This document shows positions 1-10,313 of a stretch of DNA of 64,000 nucleotides, piece by piece. A program made the translations under genes and the position numbers. Within the stretch, counting starts at the first letter, position 1. Every line of letters begins with the position of its first letter. The stretch is taken from positions 1 to 64,000 of the forward strand of contig CAWFQL010000016.1 in assembly GCA_963817915.1 (NCBI GenBank), given 5' to 3'. The stretch is from an uncultured candidate division Zixibacteria bacterium (GTDB taxonomy: Bacteria > Zixibacteria > MSB-5A5 > UBA10806). The notes below the pieces were generated by a model. That model saw only the letters and a program-made list of their open reading frames with translations. It ran no database searches and was not told the origin of the DNA.

Positions 1-404
1 ATCGGCCCATAAACAACTATAAAGTTTCGCTCAAAGGCAATATTTATCAGACATACAATATTAAAGGGACTGAATCCTCTTTGCAGATTGTGATAGAAAG
101 CCTTCTTCCCAATCCTCAAGGCTCGGATACTCAATTGGAGGAGGTTACTATAAAAAATAAGGGAAATCAGGCCGTCATACTATCTGGATGGGTTTTGAAG
201 GATCGCAGCAATGCCACCTGGAATTTGGGAACGCTCGGTTCGCTGACGCCCGGTCAATCAGTTAAGGCAATTCGAAACAATCAATCAATGAGCTTGAATA
301 ATTCAGGAGATGAAATAAGACTAATAGACGCGAATGGCATCGAAAAAGATAAATTTGAATATTCTGATTCTGAAGAAGGTGTTTTAATAAATACGGGGCA
401 TTAA
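1..404 (+). CDS. C-terminal part of a lamin-tail-domain (LTD) protein, probably begins upstream of the window
   Basis: LTD-like motifs 'LLPNPQG..EEVTIKN..LSGWVLKD..LNNSGDEIRLID'. Confidence 0.65.
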   Translation, partial: RPINNYKVSLKGNIYQTYNIKGTESSLQIVIESLLPNPQGSDTQLEEVTIKNKGNQAVILSGWVLKDRSNATWNLGTLGSLTPGQSVKAIRNNQSMSLNNSGDEIRLIDANGIEKDKFEYSDSEEGVLINTGH

Positions 405-425
405 GTTAAAACTGCTGAAATACGA

Positions 426-1061
426 TTAATGCCCTTCATGTTTCCCCACTTCTTCTGCCTCAGGGTAATGGCCCTTTACCGGTTTTTCCGCCGCCTGAAG
501 CAACGCTTCCACATAGTGGATGAAAATAACGTACGATTCTACGAATTCTCGCCCGGCAGCAATATCGTCTTTGTTGAAGCTCTTCTTGGAATTGACTTGT
601 TCGAAATGCTTTGTAACGCCGACACGAATAGATTCGGTCAGATGTTTCAGCAATTCATCTGCCGAACCTTTTTCGACAGCCTTGTCTGCAGCCTCTATGC
701 CCGGATCGACTTCGGTTCCGGCTGGTTTTAGCCCGGTATATGGCGCGCCTTCTCCTGCCCTGTGAACCCGGACCAAAGTCTCAAAGAAATACATGTCCGC
801 CAGTCCCTTAGCCTCGGGGCTCAGCTTCCGAACTGCGAGTGTTTTATTGAATGCTTCTTTTAGCTGGGCTTCATCAGCAGGCTGAACCCAAATCAGAACA
901 AGATTGACATCACCGGTATCTAGCGCTTTTTGGGCCGCTTTGACTACCGGGCCGTCCATTGTGTCGCAATGTGCCATGATCGTTGGTGGTATAAGATAAA
1001 TGGCCGCCAATATTACCATGCTCAATCCGAAAACAGAAATGAATTGGTTTTTGATTCTCAT
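426..1061 (-). CDS. DUF6448-family exported protein
   Basis: Signal peptide followed by 'AHCDTMDGPVV' and 'FFETLVRVHRAGEGAPYTGLKP'. Confidence 0.75.
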   Translation of the reverse strand: MRIKNQFISVFGLSMVILAAIYLIPPTIMAHCDTMDGPVVKAAQKALDTGDVNLVLIWVQPADEAQLKEAFNKTLAVRKLSPEAKGLADMYFFETLVRVHRAGEGAPYTGLKPAGTEVDPGIEAADKAVEKGSADELLKHLTESIRVGVTKHFEQVNSKKSFNKDDIAAGREFVESYVIFIHYVEALLQAAEKPVKGHYPEAEEVGKHEGH

Positions 1062-1172
1062 AGAAAAGTCCTCCTTTTATATATCATTTTTAGGATGAAT
1101 AAAGCCGAACCGTCAAGCGGTAAAATGATTAAAAGTTTTCCCAATATCTTATTCAAAGATAGGGTTTCCGCG

Positions 1173-1203
1173 AAAACGCCGTCAGAAAAGTTTCCTGACG
1201 GCG
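1173..1203 (-). terminator. Rho-independent terminator of the lyase/CoA-transferase/LeuCD operon
   Basis: CGCCGTCAG/CTGACGGCG 9-bp stem with a short T tail on the minus strand, just after the small-subunit stop. Confidence 0.6.
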
Positions 1204-1230
1204 CGTAGTATTCAGATAATATGTTCTAAT

Positions 1231-1738
1231 TTATTTCCGTTGCCCTGCCAGCTTCTTCACCAACAGCGCCCGAGCGTAGGGGATCAGGCCGCCGGCATCG
1301 ATAATCGCCTGCCGTGCTTTCGGCAATGGCACTACCGGGAATTCTTTGCCCGATGTAACATTGCGGATGGTTGCGCCTTTGAGCTCGAGCTCGTCGCCCT
1401 CGTTGGCTTCGATAGTCGGGCAGATTACCATTTTGAGGCCGACATTTATTGAGTTCTGCAAAAATATTCGCGAGAAATTTCTGGCCACTACTGTCAGATC
1501 GTAACCCTTGAGGCATGACGCCGCCTGCTCTCGCGATGAGCCGCATCCGAAATTATCGCCCGCTACGATGAAACTCCCCTTGGGGATTTCGCCGCTTTTC
1601 AGCTTTTTATTGAATTCGGTATTATCGGCGAAGGCATACGGCGGAGTCTCGGTCGGCAAGGACAGTCGCCATGAATCGTCCGGGATAAATTATATCGGTC
1701 GAAACATCATTTCCGGTCTTAAGTACTACTCGTTCCAT
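1231..1738 (-). CDS. leuD: LeuD/HacB/DmdB-family dehydratase small subunit, with a +1 frameshift near 1660
   Basis: ATG at 1738 reads MERVVLKTGNDVSTDIIYPGRFM; the downstream frame has 'NFGCGSSREQA' and 'FSRIFLQNSINVG'. Confidence 0.85.
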
Positions 1739-1739
1739 A

Positions 1740-3032
1740 TTATTTACCTCCATCTCTGGGATCGGAAATTACGCCGGTCAACGCGCTGGCCGCGGCGACA
1801 TTGGGTGAACACAGATACACTTCGGCATTGGGGTTGCCCATACGGCCTTTGAAATTGCGGTTGGTTGTCGCCAGCCCAACTTCTTGATCTCCCAACGCTC
1901 CCTGATGGACTCCCAGGCACGGCCCACAGCCCGGATTGCAGATTGTGGCTCCGGCTTCGGCGAGATCCAATATATAGCCTTTCTTCATGGCCTCTTTATA
2001 GATTCGCCACGATGCCGGGAAGATCAGCATCCTGGTGCCGCGAGCCACTTTTTTGCCCTTGAGGATTTTCGCGGCGGCTTCAAGATCATCGAGACGACCG
2101 TTGGTGCATGAGCCGATGACAATCTGATCAACTTTCTTACCCGCGACCTGCTCGACTGACTTAACATTGTCAACTGCATGAGGGCAGGCGATCTGCGGAG
2201 ACAATGATGACGCATCGATTTCGAGTACCCGAGCGTATTCGGCATCTTTGTCCGGCCCGAAAATTTCGATCTTATCTTTGACTCCGGCCACATTTTTCAG
2301 ATAGCTCAATGTTTCATCATCGGGCGGCACCATTCCGCTGGTGGCGCCGGCCTCGACTGACATATTGCACAATGTCAATCGTCCCGATGTCGGCATATTT
2401 CTGATCGTGTCGCCATGGAATTCAAGCACCTTGAAATTGGCTCCCTCGGCAGTGAGTTTGCCGATAATATTTAAAATCAAATCCTTCGGCGCAATTTGAT
2501 CGCCGAATTTGCCATTGATGACAACCTTGATTGTCGCGGGCACTTCGACATTGAGGATATTGCCCAGCGCCCAGACCGATGCCATTTCCGTGGCGCCTAT
2601 CCCGAATGCGAACGCTCCCAACGCGCCATGGCTGGTTGTATGGCTGTCGGTGCCGACCACTACCGCCCCGGGACGGACATAACCATTTTCAGGCAATATC
2701 TGATGACAGATGCCGCCTTCATCGCCGCGGATATCGTGGAATTTGGTGATGCCATGTTTGGCTATAAATTCGCGCAGCTTCTTCTGATTGGTCGCGGTTT
2801 TCGAGCTTTCGGCCGGCACGCGATGATCGAAGATGATTGCGATACGATTCGGATTCCAGATTTTTGGCTCAAAGCCGGTGCCTTTATAAATCTCGATAAA
2901 TTGATTCATCACCAGGGCGCCATTTTCATGCGACATTGCCAGATTGACTTCCGGCTCGACCACGTCGCCGACCGCGACCGATGTCTTTCCGCTGGCTCTG
3001 GCTAAGATTTTTTGGACATATGTCATTCCCAT
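1740..3032 (-). CDS. leuC: LeuC/HacA/DmdA-family (aconitase-type) dehydratase large subunit
   Basis: 'DSHTTSHGALG', 'IGSCTNGR', 'PGCGPCLG' (Fe-S cysteines), 'TTNRNFKGRMG'. Confidence 0.9.
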   Translation of the reverse strand: MGMTYVQKILARASGKTSVAVGDVVEPEVNLAMSHENGALVMNQFIEIYKGTGFEPKIWNPNRIAIIFDHRVPAESSKTATNQKKLREFIAKHGITKFHDIRGDEGGICHQILPENGYVRPGAVVVGTDSHTTSHGALGAFAFGIGATEMASVWALGNILNVEVPATIKVVINGKFGDQIAPKDLILNIIGKLTAEGANFKVLEFHGDTIRNMPTSGRLTLCNMSVEAGATSGMVPPDDETLSYLKNVAGVKDKIEIFGPDKDAEYARVLEIDASSLSPQIACPHAVDNVKSVEQVAGKKVDQIVIGSCTNGRLDDLEAAAKILKGKKVARGTRMLIFPASWRIYKEAMKKGYILDLAEAGATICNPGCGPCLGVHQGALGDQEVGLATTNRNFKGRMGNPNAEVYLCSPNVAAASALTGVISDPRDGGK

Positions 3033-3071
3033 AATATCAACTCCTTAAAGTGATTTTTCATCGATTGCCGA

Positions 3072-4266
3072 TTAGATCACCATTTTCTCCTTTAACGATT
3101 GAAAATCGGTTTTGTTATAGCCGAGCTCCGTGAGAATCTCCTCCGTATGTGCGGAGAGCTGAGGGGGAGGAGTGTCGATACTTGCGGGCGTTTTGGAAAA
3201 TTTCGCCGAGAGATTGAAAATCTTTATATCGCCGATTTGAGGTTCATTGATGTTTTTGATCGTCTCTCGATGCATTATCTGATCGCTTAACAACGCTTTT
3301 TCGAGTCCGACAATATCGCCCGAAGGTATACCTTTTTCATTGAGGAGATCCACCCAATGCTCGGTTGTGTTTTGCGTAAGCTTTTCTTCCAATATCGGCG
3401 TCAAGAGCTTGCGATTTCCTTTGCGCGTGTCTCGCTCCTGAAAACGGGGGTCGGTTTTCAGTTCCGGCAGTCCGACCGCATCGGCCAGGTCTTCCCATTG
3501 CTTCTGCTGATTGGCGGCGATATTGATATAACCATCTTTCGTGCGAAATGCTCCCGACGGTGCCGCCGTAAAATTGTCGTTGCCCATGGGAATCGGATGC
3601 TTTCCGCCGATAAGTAGATTGGCGGCTACCCATCCCATTAGCGGCATAATCGAATCAAGCAGGGCGATATCGATAAATTGCCCTTCGCCGGTTCGTTCGC
3701 GATGATAGAGCGCGGCCATTATGGCGAATGCGGCATTGAGACCACCGACCGTATCGCAAACCGGAAATCCGGCACGCAGAGGATGAAGTCGCTCGTCGCC
3801 GTTGACATCCATCACTCCCGAAAGCCCCTGAATAATTTGATCGTACGCTGGCTTGAACGCGTCGGGACCGGTCTGGCCGAATCCGGAGATAGCGCAATAG
3901 ATTATATTCGGCTTAATTTTGCAAATATCCTCATAGGAAAATCCCAGCCGAGCCATGACTCCGGGACGGAAATTCTCAACGACCACATCGGCGGTTTTCA
4001 GCAATTTGCGGAATATCTCTTTTCCTTCTTCCGACTTTCAGATTCAGAGTAATCGATTTCTTGTTGGCGTTTTGAGCCAGGAAGCTCGTGCCCATTAGCT
4101 GCTTATTGAGCTTGGGGACATTGCCTAACTTTCTCGCCAGGTCGCCGCCATCGGGATTTTCGATTTTTATCACTTCCGCCCCAAGCAAAGCCAGATGCAA
4201 TGTCGTAAACGGCCCGGAGAGAACATTGGTCATATCAATGACACGAATATGATCGAGCATTTTCAA
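3072..4266 (-). CDS. Family III (CaiB/BaiF) CoA-transferase, with a +1 frameshift near 4035
   Basis: N-terminal part 'LSGPFTT..LLGAEVIKIENP..GD..R..NANKKSITLNLK'; C-terminal part 'ADVVVENFRPG', 'ISGFGQTGP..AYD'. Confidence 0.9.
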
Positions 4267-5201
4267 ACAGCCTCCTTGGGGACGACTTTTTTATAATCAA
4301 CAATTGAACCTGATTTCAAGATAAATCCGGGAAGCTCGCGATCGAAAAATTTCCCGACCTGACCGGCCACTTCCAAAAGTGATTTAAGATTTATGTCGGA
4401 TCGAATTCCCATTCGTTGGAATGAATGAACCAGATCCTCGGTGCTGACATTACCGGCGGGGAGCTTGGTGAATGGACATCCGCCAAGTCCGCCGAAGGCC
4501 GATTCAAATGATGTAACCCCCGCCTTCAACGCGGCATAGCAATTGGCCAGACCGAGACCATATGTATTATGAAAATGGCAGGCCAGTTGCGCATCGGAGT
4601 CCAATTCTTTGATAGCTCCGAACAATTCTTCGACCTGGATCGGGATTGGCATGTCCGGCGGTGTCGGCCAGACTGATATTTTTGATGCCCGCCGCAAGAT
4701 ATTCCTTTACGATCCCGAGCGTTTTTTCTTCAGGCACAACGCCCTCGAAGCCGCACCCGAACGCCGACTGCACCGATACCTGGACTTTTTTCCCGGCAGA
4801 TAATAGCTTTTTTCGCCATCGGTATAATTCGACCTAATGCTTCCGAAATTTTCATGCCGGTATTTTTCATGCTGTGAGTTTCGCTGGCGGAAACACCCAT
4901 GCAGAACATATCAACTCCGCACGCCATGCCCCGTTCGAGTCCTTTTTCATTGAGCACAAGCCCGGAAAAGATTACCTTGTATTTGTTTCTGCCGGAAATC
5001 GTATAATAGGAGAATAGCTTGTCGGTGTCGGCCATTTGCGGGACTTTTTCGGGATTTACGAATGAACCCAATTGGATAATATCGATGCCGCTGGCCAAGC
5101 AGCTTATCGATCCAGCGAATTTTTTCATCGAACTGCACCGTTGTTTTCTCGACCTGCAGACCATCGCGAAGTCCGACTTCATGAATGATTATCTTATTCA
5201 T
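4263..5201 (-). CDS. HMG-CoA lyase / citramalyl-CoA lyase family (DRE-TIM), with three +1 frameshifts near 5097, 4798 and 4643
   Basis: Motifs spread over four ORFs: 'EVGLRDGLQ', 'GSFVNPEKVPQMAD', 'AFGC..EG', 'LADTAG.ANP', 'HFHNTYG', 'GGLGGCPF..AGNVSTEDL'. Confidence 0.85.
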
Positions 5202-5441
5202 GGCAACCAGCGCTTCTTAATGAGTTCATATTGGCAATCTGAATAAGCCTAATAAAGATCGCATATCTAATTTAATCATATCATCTTCCTCCCCGACCCG
5301 CTCACCATCTTTTACAAATTTCCATCTTCCATTTAGCACCGTTTCCAAATATGATCCTCAGCGCATAAATTATAAAATTTCAGAGGGCCTTACAAGCTAT
5401 ATTTAATTTTTGGGAATTGCGGGGATTTTTGATTAATCGAC

Positions 5442-5876
5442 TTAAGTCTGTTCGGTCTTTAGGTTTATACCCAGTTTCGCCAATTCATCTTTGATTAGGG
5501 CCTCCGGCGATCCTTTGCCATTATAATAAATAAAAATGGCCTTTAGCCCATGTCGGGAATATTGATCAATTTTATGTTTAGTTCTGTCTCGATAAAATGG
5601 CATATGGTTATAACCGCAGATTTCTATAAACAGATTGAATTGCGGCAGATAAAAGTCTGGCCGAAATTGTCTTCCGCCCAATAGCATCAAGGGTTCATAC
5701 TGGAATGTGATTTCATTGGCGAATAAATAATCCGCGCATCGTTGTTCGTATTTCGAGCGAACCTTAAGGCCGGATTTTGTTTCAATAACCGCTTCGAACT
5801 TTCTCGTTCGTGGAAGACGAATTCCTCTTAGTGGAGCATGCTTCCCCGATTTTTTTAATCTTTTTGGATTAATCAT
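5442..5876 (-). CDS. Small PD-(D/E)XK-like nuclease-domain protein
   Basis: 'VRSKYE..ADYL....I.FQYE....RPDFYLP...FIEICG' pattern. Confidence 0.6.
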   Translation of the reverse strand: MINPKRLKKSGKHAPLRGIRLPRTRKFEAVIETKSGLKVRSKYEQRCADYLFANEITFQYEPLMLLGGRQFRPDFYLPQFNLFIEICGYNHMPFYRDRTKHKIDQYSRHGLKAIFIYYNGKGSPEALIKDELAKLGINLKTEQT

Positions 5877-5897
5877 TTTCTGATGGGATTGCCAAAA

Positions 5898-6260
5898 TTA
5901 CTTGGGGTTTTTTCTAACAATCTTGCGCGCAGTGCTTTTGGGTTGCCAGAGATAAAGTGAGAAATCGATTTTATTATTTGTTAATTTTACGCCTTCTTTG
6001 GCTAATAGAGATTTTTGCTCTTCGTATCCGCTTCCTGATTTAAGTGCAATCTGGCCTTTTATATTAACGATTCTGTACCAGGGCAATTTTTCTTTGGCGG
6101 CGCAGGCATGGAGTGTTCGGACAACCTGTCTGGCACCAAACGGATTTCCGGCGTAAGCGGCAATTTGCCCATAGGTCGCCACCTTTCCGCGTGGAATTTT
6201 TCTAATCACTTTTTTTATTTTATCTGTGAATGATTCTTCCATGCGGTCCACCCTTCCCAA
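5898..6260 (-). CDS. Alkyltransferase-like (ATL, MGMT family) protein; true start probably MEESF at ~6242
   Basis: 'IPRGKVATYGQIA', 'ARQV' and 'PWYRIV', with Trp in place of the catalytic Cys of PCHR. Confidence 0.85.
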   Translation of the reverse strand: MGRVDRMEESFTDKIKKVIRKIPRGKVATYGQIAAYAGNPFGARQVVRTLHACAAKEKLPWYRIVNIKGQIALKSGSGYEEQKSLLAKEGVKLTNNKIDFSLYLWQPKSTARKIVRKNPK

Positions 6261-6274
6261 AATAAATTAAAATG

Positions 6275-9200
6275 CTATGCCTGACTCGCCGGGCATATTG
6301 CGTTGTAATTGCATTGCTGGCAGGTTCGCATGTCAGGCGTGGCGGCGAAATCCGACTTGTTTATTTTATCGATTTCAACAATTATGTCCCCTTTGATTTT
6401 ATCAAGCTCTTCGCCGGTAAATGACAATTCAGCCACCGTATCATCGCCCAGGAACATATACAGGAGTCGTCTTCGGGTATTCGCCGAATTCTTCGTGGCA
6501 GGCCAATGCATAAATCGGCAATTGCATATCTTTTTTCAAATCGATCGAGCTTTGTTTGCCGGTTTTGTAATCGATAATTTCCAAGCCATCGGCAGTTTTA
6601 TCGACTCTGTCGATCATGCCAATCAGCTGTGCATTCCCGAGTCCGACCGAAAATCGTTTTTCAAGCTCAACCGGTATTCCAGTTCTGATGGATTGCATTT
6701 TGATAAATCTGTCGACAAGCTCGGCCGCCCGCATTTTCAAACGTTCTTTGTGATCCGGATCATCGAAATGAATTGTCTTCCAGCGTTGCTCAAAATCCGA
6801 AATCAAGCTTTCGCGTGTCGGAGTTTTCTTTTCTTTTAAATTCTGTCCTGCACCTTCCAAGACCTTGTGCATGACCTGTCCGAAATGCTGGGCCGATGTC
6901 GAAGGCGTGGGAAGATTAAGCGCCTTGCGGAAATAAAATTGCAGAGGACATTTCTGGAATGACTCCAAATCGGTGTAAGCGATTCTGCTGACCTTGTATC
7001 TTGTCTCGGGGACAGGAGGAGAAAATTGATCATTATCGATGGCGGAATTAAATGTTGCAAGCACAGTTGCAAATCTCTCTTTAAAGTCATTTTTAGTACT
7101 TTGAAATTCTTCAGCGGATTTGGCGTTTGCCGCTTTGATTTTCCAAAGCCTAAATAACGTGTCAGATAGACTCGACTCTAAGGATTCATTAACACCTATG
7201 ACAATCGATTTTGTCTTATCTTCCAGTGCCAATTCCGGCTTGATAATCTCTACAGTCAATGCTTCTGATTCCGAAACTTTCTCAACCTTTGCAGCCTCTT
7301 CAAACACTTCCGACTTTTCCAGAGTGGTAACGAATTGGGAAATCTTGGAGCCCTTTTTCTCCATGCCATAGAGATACAAGAGTTCTTTCGCCCTGGTCAT
7401 CCCTACATAGAAGAGTCGCCGTTCTTCCTGAATTCGGAAATCATCGCCCGGAGTCTCATCTTTATAAAGCTCATGGGGAAATTCGATCTCGTCGGATCGT
7501 TGTTGGGCCGGGAAACGGCGGTTCGAGAGACCGATCATGAATACGACAGGATATTCCAGCCCTTTTGAGGCGTGAATTGTCTGCAGAGATAACTGGGGAT
7601 TCAATTTCGGGCTCGGCATCGCCATTAGTATCTGAGCCTTCTCTCCATGAGAGATATTCGAGAAATGCACTATGAGAAAGCGACTCTTCCTCGGCATGAA
7701 ATTGTTCTGCCGCTTTAAGCAGTGATGAAATTTCAATCGCTGCCTGATGATCGATTATTTTACCATCGGTGATTATTGATTGGAAAATCCCGGCATGCAC
7801 GGCTATCCGTTCTAAAAGCTGTAGTGGATCCCGCTCCTGCTTCATTTCGCGGAATTTTTTTAAGAGTTCAATCAAATTTCTGAGAGAATCTGCCTGAGTC
7901 GATTCCAACTCAGAGACAATCGTCGTCAATAATCCAAGTGAATCGCTCGAACCTCTGCCAAGCCGATAGCCAATATCTCGTTCTAGAGTCAATGATATAC
8001 CGGGCATGAAATGGCGGATTATTATTGCCAGATAATCATTGCGGCCATCATCGATTGTGAATTCATAAATAGCCCTTAATAATTGCGCTGGTCGAGATAA
8101 TTTCCCCGATGTATTGCTATCGCAATAGAAATCGATGCCTTTGTTTTTGAGCTCAGCGGCCAGAAGGTCTTTATGATATCTCGAACGAACCAACACGGCT
8201 ATTGATGACGGCTTTCGATAATCATCGTATATAAGCAATCGCTGAATTTCGCTGGCTGCTGATTCCGCTTCCGAAAAATAATCGGGGCATTTGCGGATTA
8301 TCACTTTCTCACCAGTTTGACTTGCCGCAATCATCTTCTTTGATGAATCGAAACGGGCCGCCGGATCGCTTTCAATCAATGACTGCGCCGCGCGGACGAT
8401 TGTTCTGGCCGATCTGTAGTTTTCCTCCAATTTGAATATCATCATTCCCGGAAATAATTTCTGGAAAAGCCGGAATGATGCGAAGCTGGCTCCGCGGAAT
8501 CTATAGATTGCCTGGTCATCGTCACCGACAACTGTTATGCCGCATTTATTGCCTGCGAGCAATTGAAGGATCTCGACTTGCGCGTAGTTGGTATCCTGGA
8601 ATTCATCGACCAGTATATATCGGTATTTTTGCCTTAGATTTGCGCCGACGATCTTATGGCTTTTGAGCAGCTGATATGAAAGTGCAATCATATCACCATA
8701 ATCAAGTCCACCCATTTGCGATTTTTGATTATTTTGAGATTTGATTAGCTCATATGTCTGATAAATTTTCCCGGCTTCGAGGATTTTGGTCCATCGATCT
8801 CTATTTATCAGGTTTTCATCGCTATCCGAATTGGGAATCGATGAAAGCTCTTTTTCAGCGCGAGCGATAATATCATCAGGTCCCACCAGTTCGTCTTTGG
8901 CGCGGCTGATAAATTTGGCCAATGCTCGATAGGTCTTGTCTGGTTTGTTGGTGTCGAGAAGAAATGAGGTTTTAAGATCGGCAATTGCCAATTGAAGATA
9001 TTGTCTTAATTTGTATTCGCTTAGTTTTTGCGGTTCGCCATTTAAATGCAAAAGATTTCCGAATTCGCCGATTAACTCCATGCCGAATGAATGGAAAGTC
9101 TTAACCTCGGGAATATCATCACCCAGGTCCGCCATCCGTTCTTCAAGCTCGACTTGGGTTTTATTGGAAAAGGTTATGACTAAAATTGAATCGGGGGAAT

Positions 9201-9333
9201 ACTTCTTTTGCTCGATAAGGTATTGGGCTTTGGCGACAATAACTCTTGTCTTGCCGGAGCCCGCGCCCGCCAGAATTACCTGCGGGCCGGCAATATATTC
9301 TACTGCCTTTTGCTGTGCATCGGATAGATGCAT
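6275..9333 (-). CDS. UvrD/PcrA-family helicase fused to a C-terminal PD-(D/E)XK nuclease (AdnAB/AddA-like), with +1 frameshifts near 7590 and 6475
   Basis: Helicase motifs 'AGAGSGKT', 'LVDEFQDTN', '[14 protein letters not shown]', 'LEENYRS', '[11 protein letters not shown]', '[14 protein letters not shown]'; nuclease motifs 'KCPLQFY', 'GMIDRVD..IIDYKTG', '[10 protein letters not shown]'. Confidence 0.88.
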
Positions 9334-9876
9334 CTAAAGCCCCAATTCCTCTTTTCTGAAAATCGGGTCGAATTGGATATTGATCTCTTGGAATTTTTCT
9401 TCGGCTCCCTGACGGCGATCTACGATTACCAGTACTTTTACAATCTCGCAATTTAGCGCTTTGGCCGCTTCAATTGCTTTCAAAGCTGAGCCTCCGGTAG
9501 TGGCTACGTCCTCGACTATGGCTACCTTCGCGCCCTCTGCCAATGGCCCCTCGATGAGGCTTTTGGTGCCGTGGTCTTTGGATTCCTTGCGGACAATAAA
9601 GCCCTTAAGAAGTTTTCCGCGTCTGTGTGCCAGAGCGATAATTGCCCCGACAATCGGATCGGCGCCCAATGTCAATCCACCGACCGCGTCGCATTCGATA
9701 CCTTCGAGCTTATCGAGCATCAATTCCGCGATAAGATATAATCCTTCCGAATCCAGAGATGCCATTTTGCTATTAATATAGTATTTCGATTTTTGCCCGG
9801 ACGCCAAAGTGAAATCGCCGAATTTTATCGCCTTTTCGAGAAGAATAGCTCTTAGTCGTTCATATCGATCAAACAT
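9334..9876 (-). CDS. pyrE: Orotate phosphoribosyltransferase
   Basis: 'GDFTLASGQKSKYY', 'VRKESKDHGT', PRPP motif 'VEDVATTGGS'. Confidence 0.95.
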   Translation of the reverse strand: MFDRYERLRAILLEKAIKFGDFTLASGQKSKYYINSKMASLDSEGLYLIAELMLDKLEGIECDAVGGLTLGADPIVGAIIALAHRRGKLLKGFIVRKESKDHGTKSLIEGPLAEGAKVAIVEDVATTGGSALKAIEAAKALNCEIVKVLVIVDRRQGAEEKFQEINIQFDPIFRKEELGL

Positions 9877-9917
9877 AATTTGTCACTCCTATCTTAAAAT
9901 ATCATAATTCACGAAAG

Positions 9918-10313
9918 TTAATCCGCGAGACCAATCTCAACAGTATCAGAATATATGATACGATGCACTAACGCGCTGGCAAAAATTTCATATCGCCCAC
10001 CCGATGGCCAGCTACCATCGCTTTTGCGTCCATCCCATACGATTTCATATCTACATGTATCCTGGCATTCGCCGCGCTTGGCCCATAATTTATATATGAA
10101 TCCTGATTTGCGCTCAAGAACATTAACCGCAATCGAGTCGGGTGATATCTTGGACGGTACAAATAAAAATTGCAGATTTATCTTTTCGCCCATGGCGTAT
10201 CCGGCCGCCCTAGTGCGATTGATCAGTACAAATCTATATTCACATCCGGATACCAGTAGAACGAGAATCAAGCTGATGATGATAAATTGCAAATTTGAAT
10301 TGCGCTTAATCAT
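9918..10313 (-). CDS. Hypothetical lipoprotein with an FlgD-Ig-like motif
   Basis: Lipobox 'LVSGC'; 'IVWDGRKSDG...GRY'; overlaps the upstream gene's stop. Confidence 0.6.
   Translation of the reverse strand: MIKRNSNLQFIIISLILVLLVSGCEYRFVLINRTRAAGYAMGEKINLQFLFVPSKISPDSIAVNVLERKSGFIYKLWAKRGECQDTCRYEIVWDGRKSDGSWPSGGRYEIFASALVHRIIYSDTVEIGLAD

Noticed and set aside
1231..3032. Leucine biosynthesis operon
   Set aside because: No leuA, leuB or leader peptide seen; the neighbours are a CoA-transferase and a lyase. The leuC/leuD symbols denote family only.
4263..5201. Programmed frameshifting in the lyase gene
   Set aside because: Three shifts with no consistent slippery motif, and the same +1 pattern recurs in unrelated genes; sequencing error is simpler.
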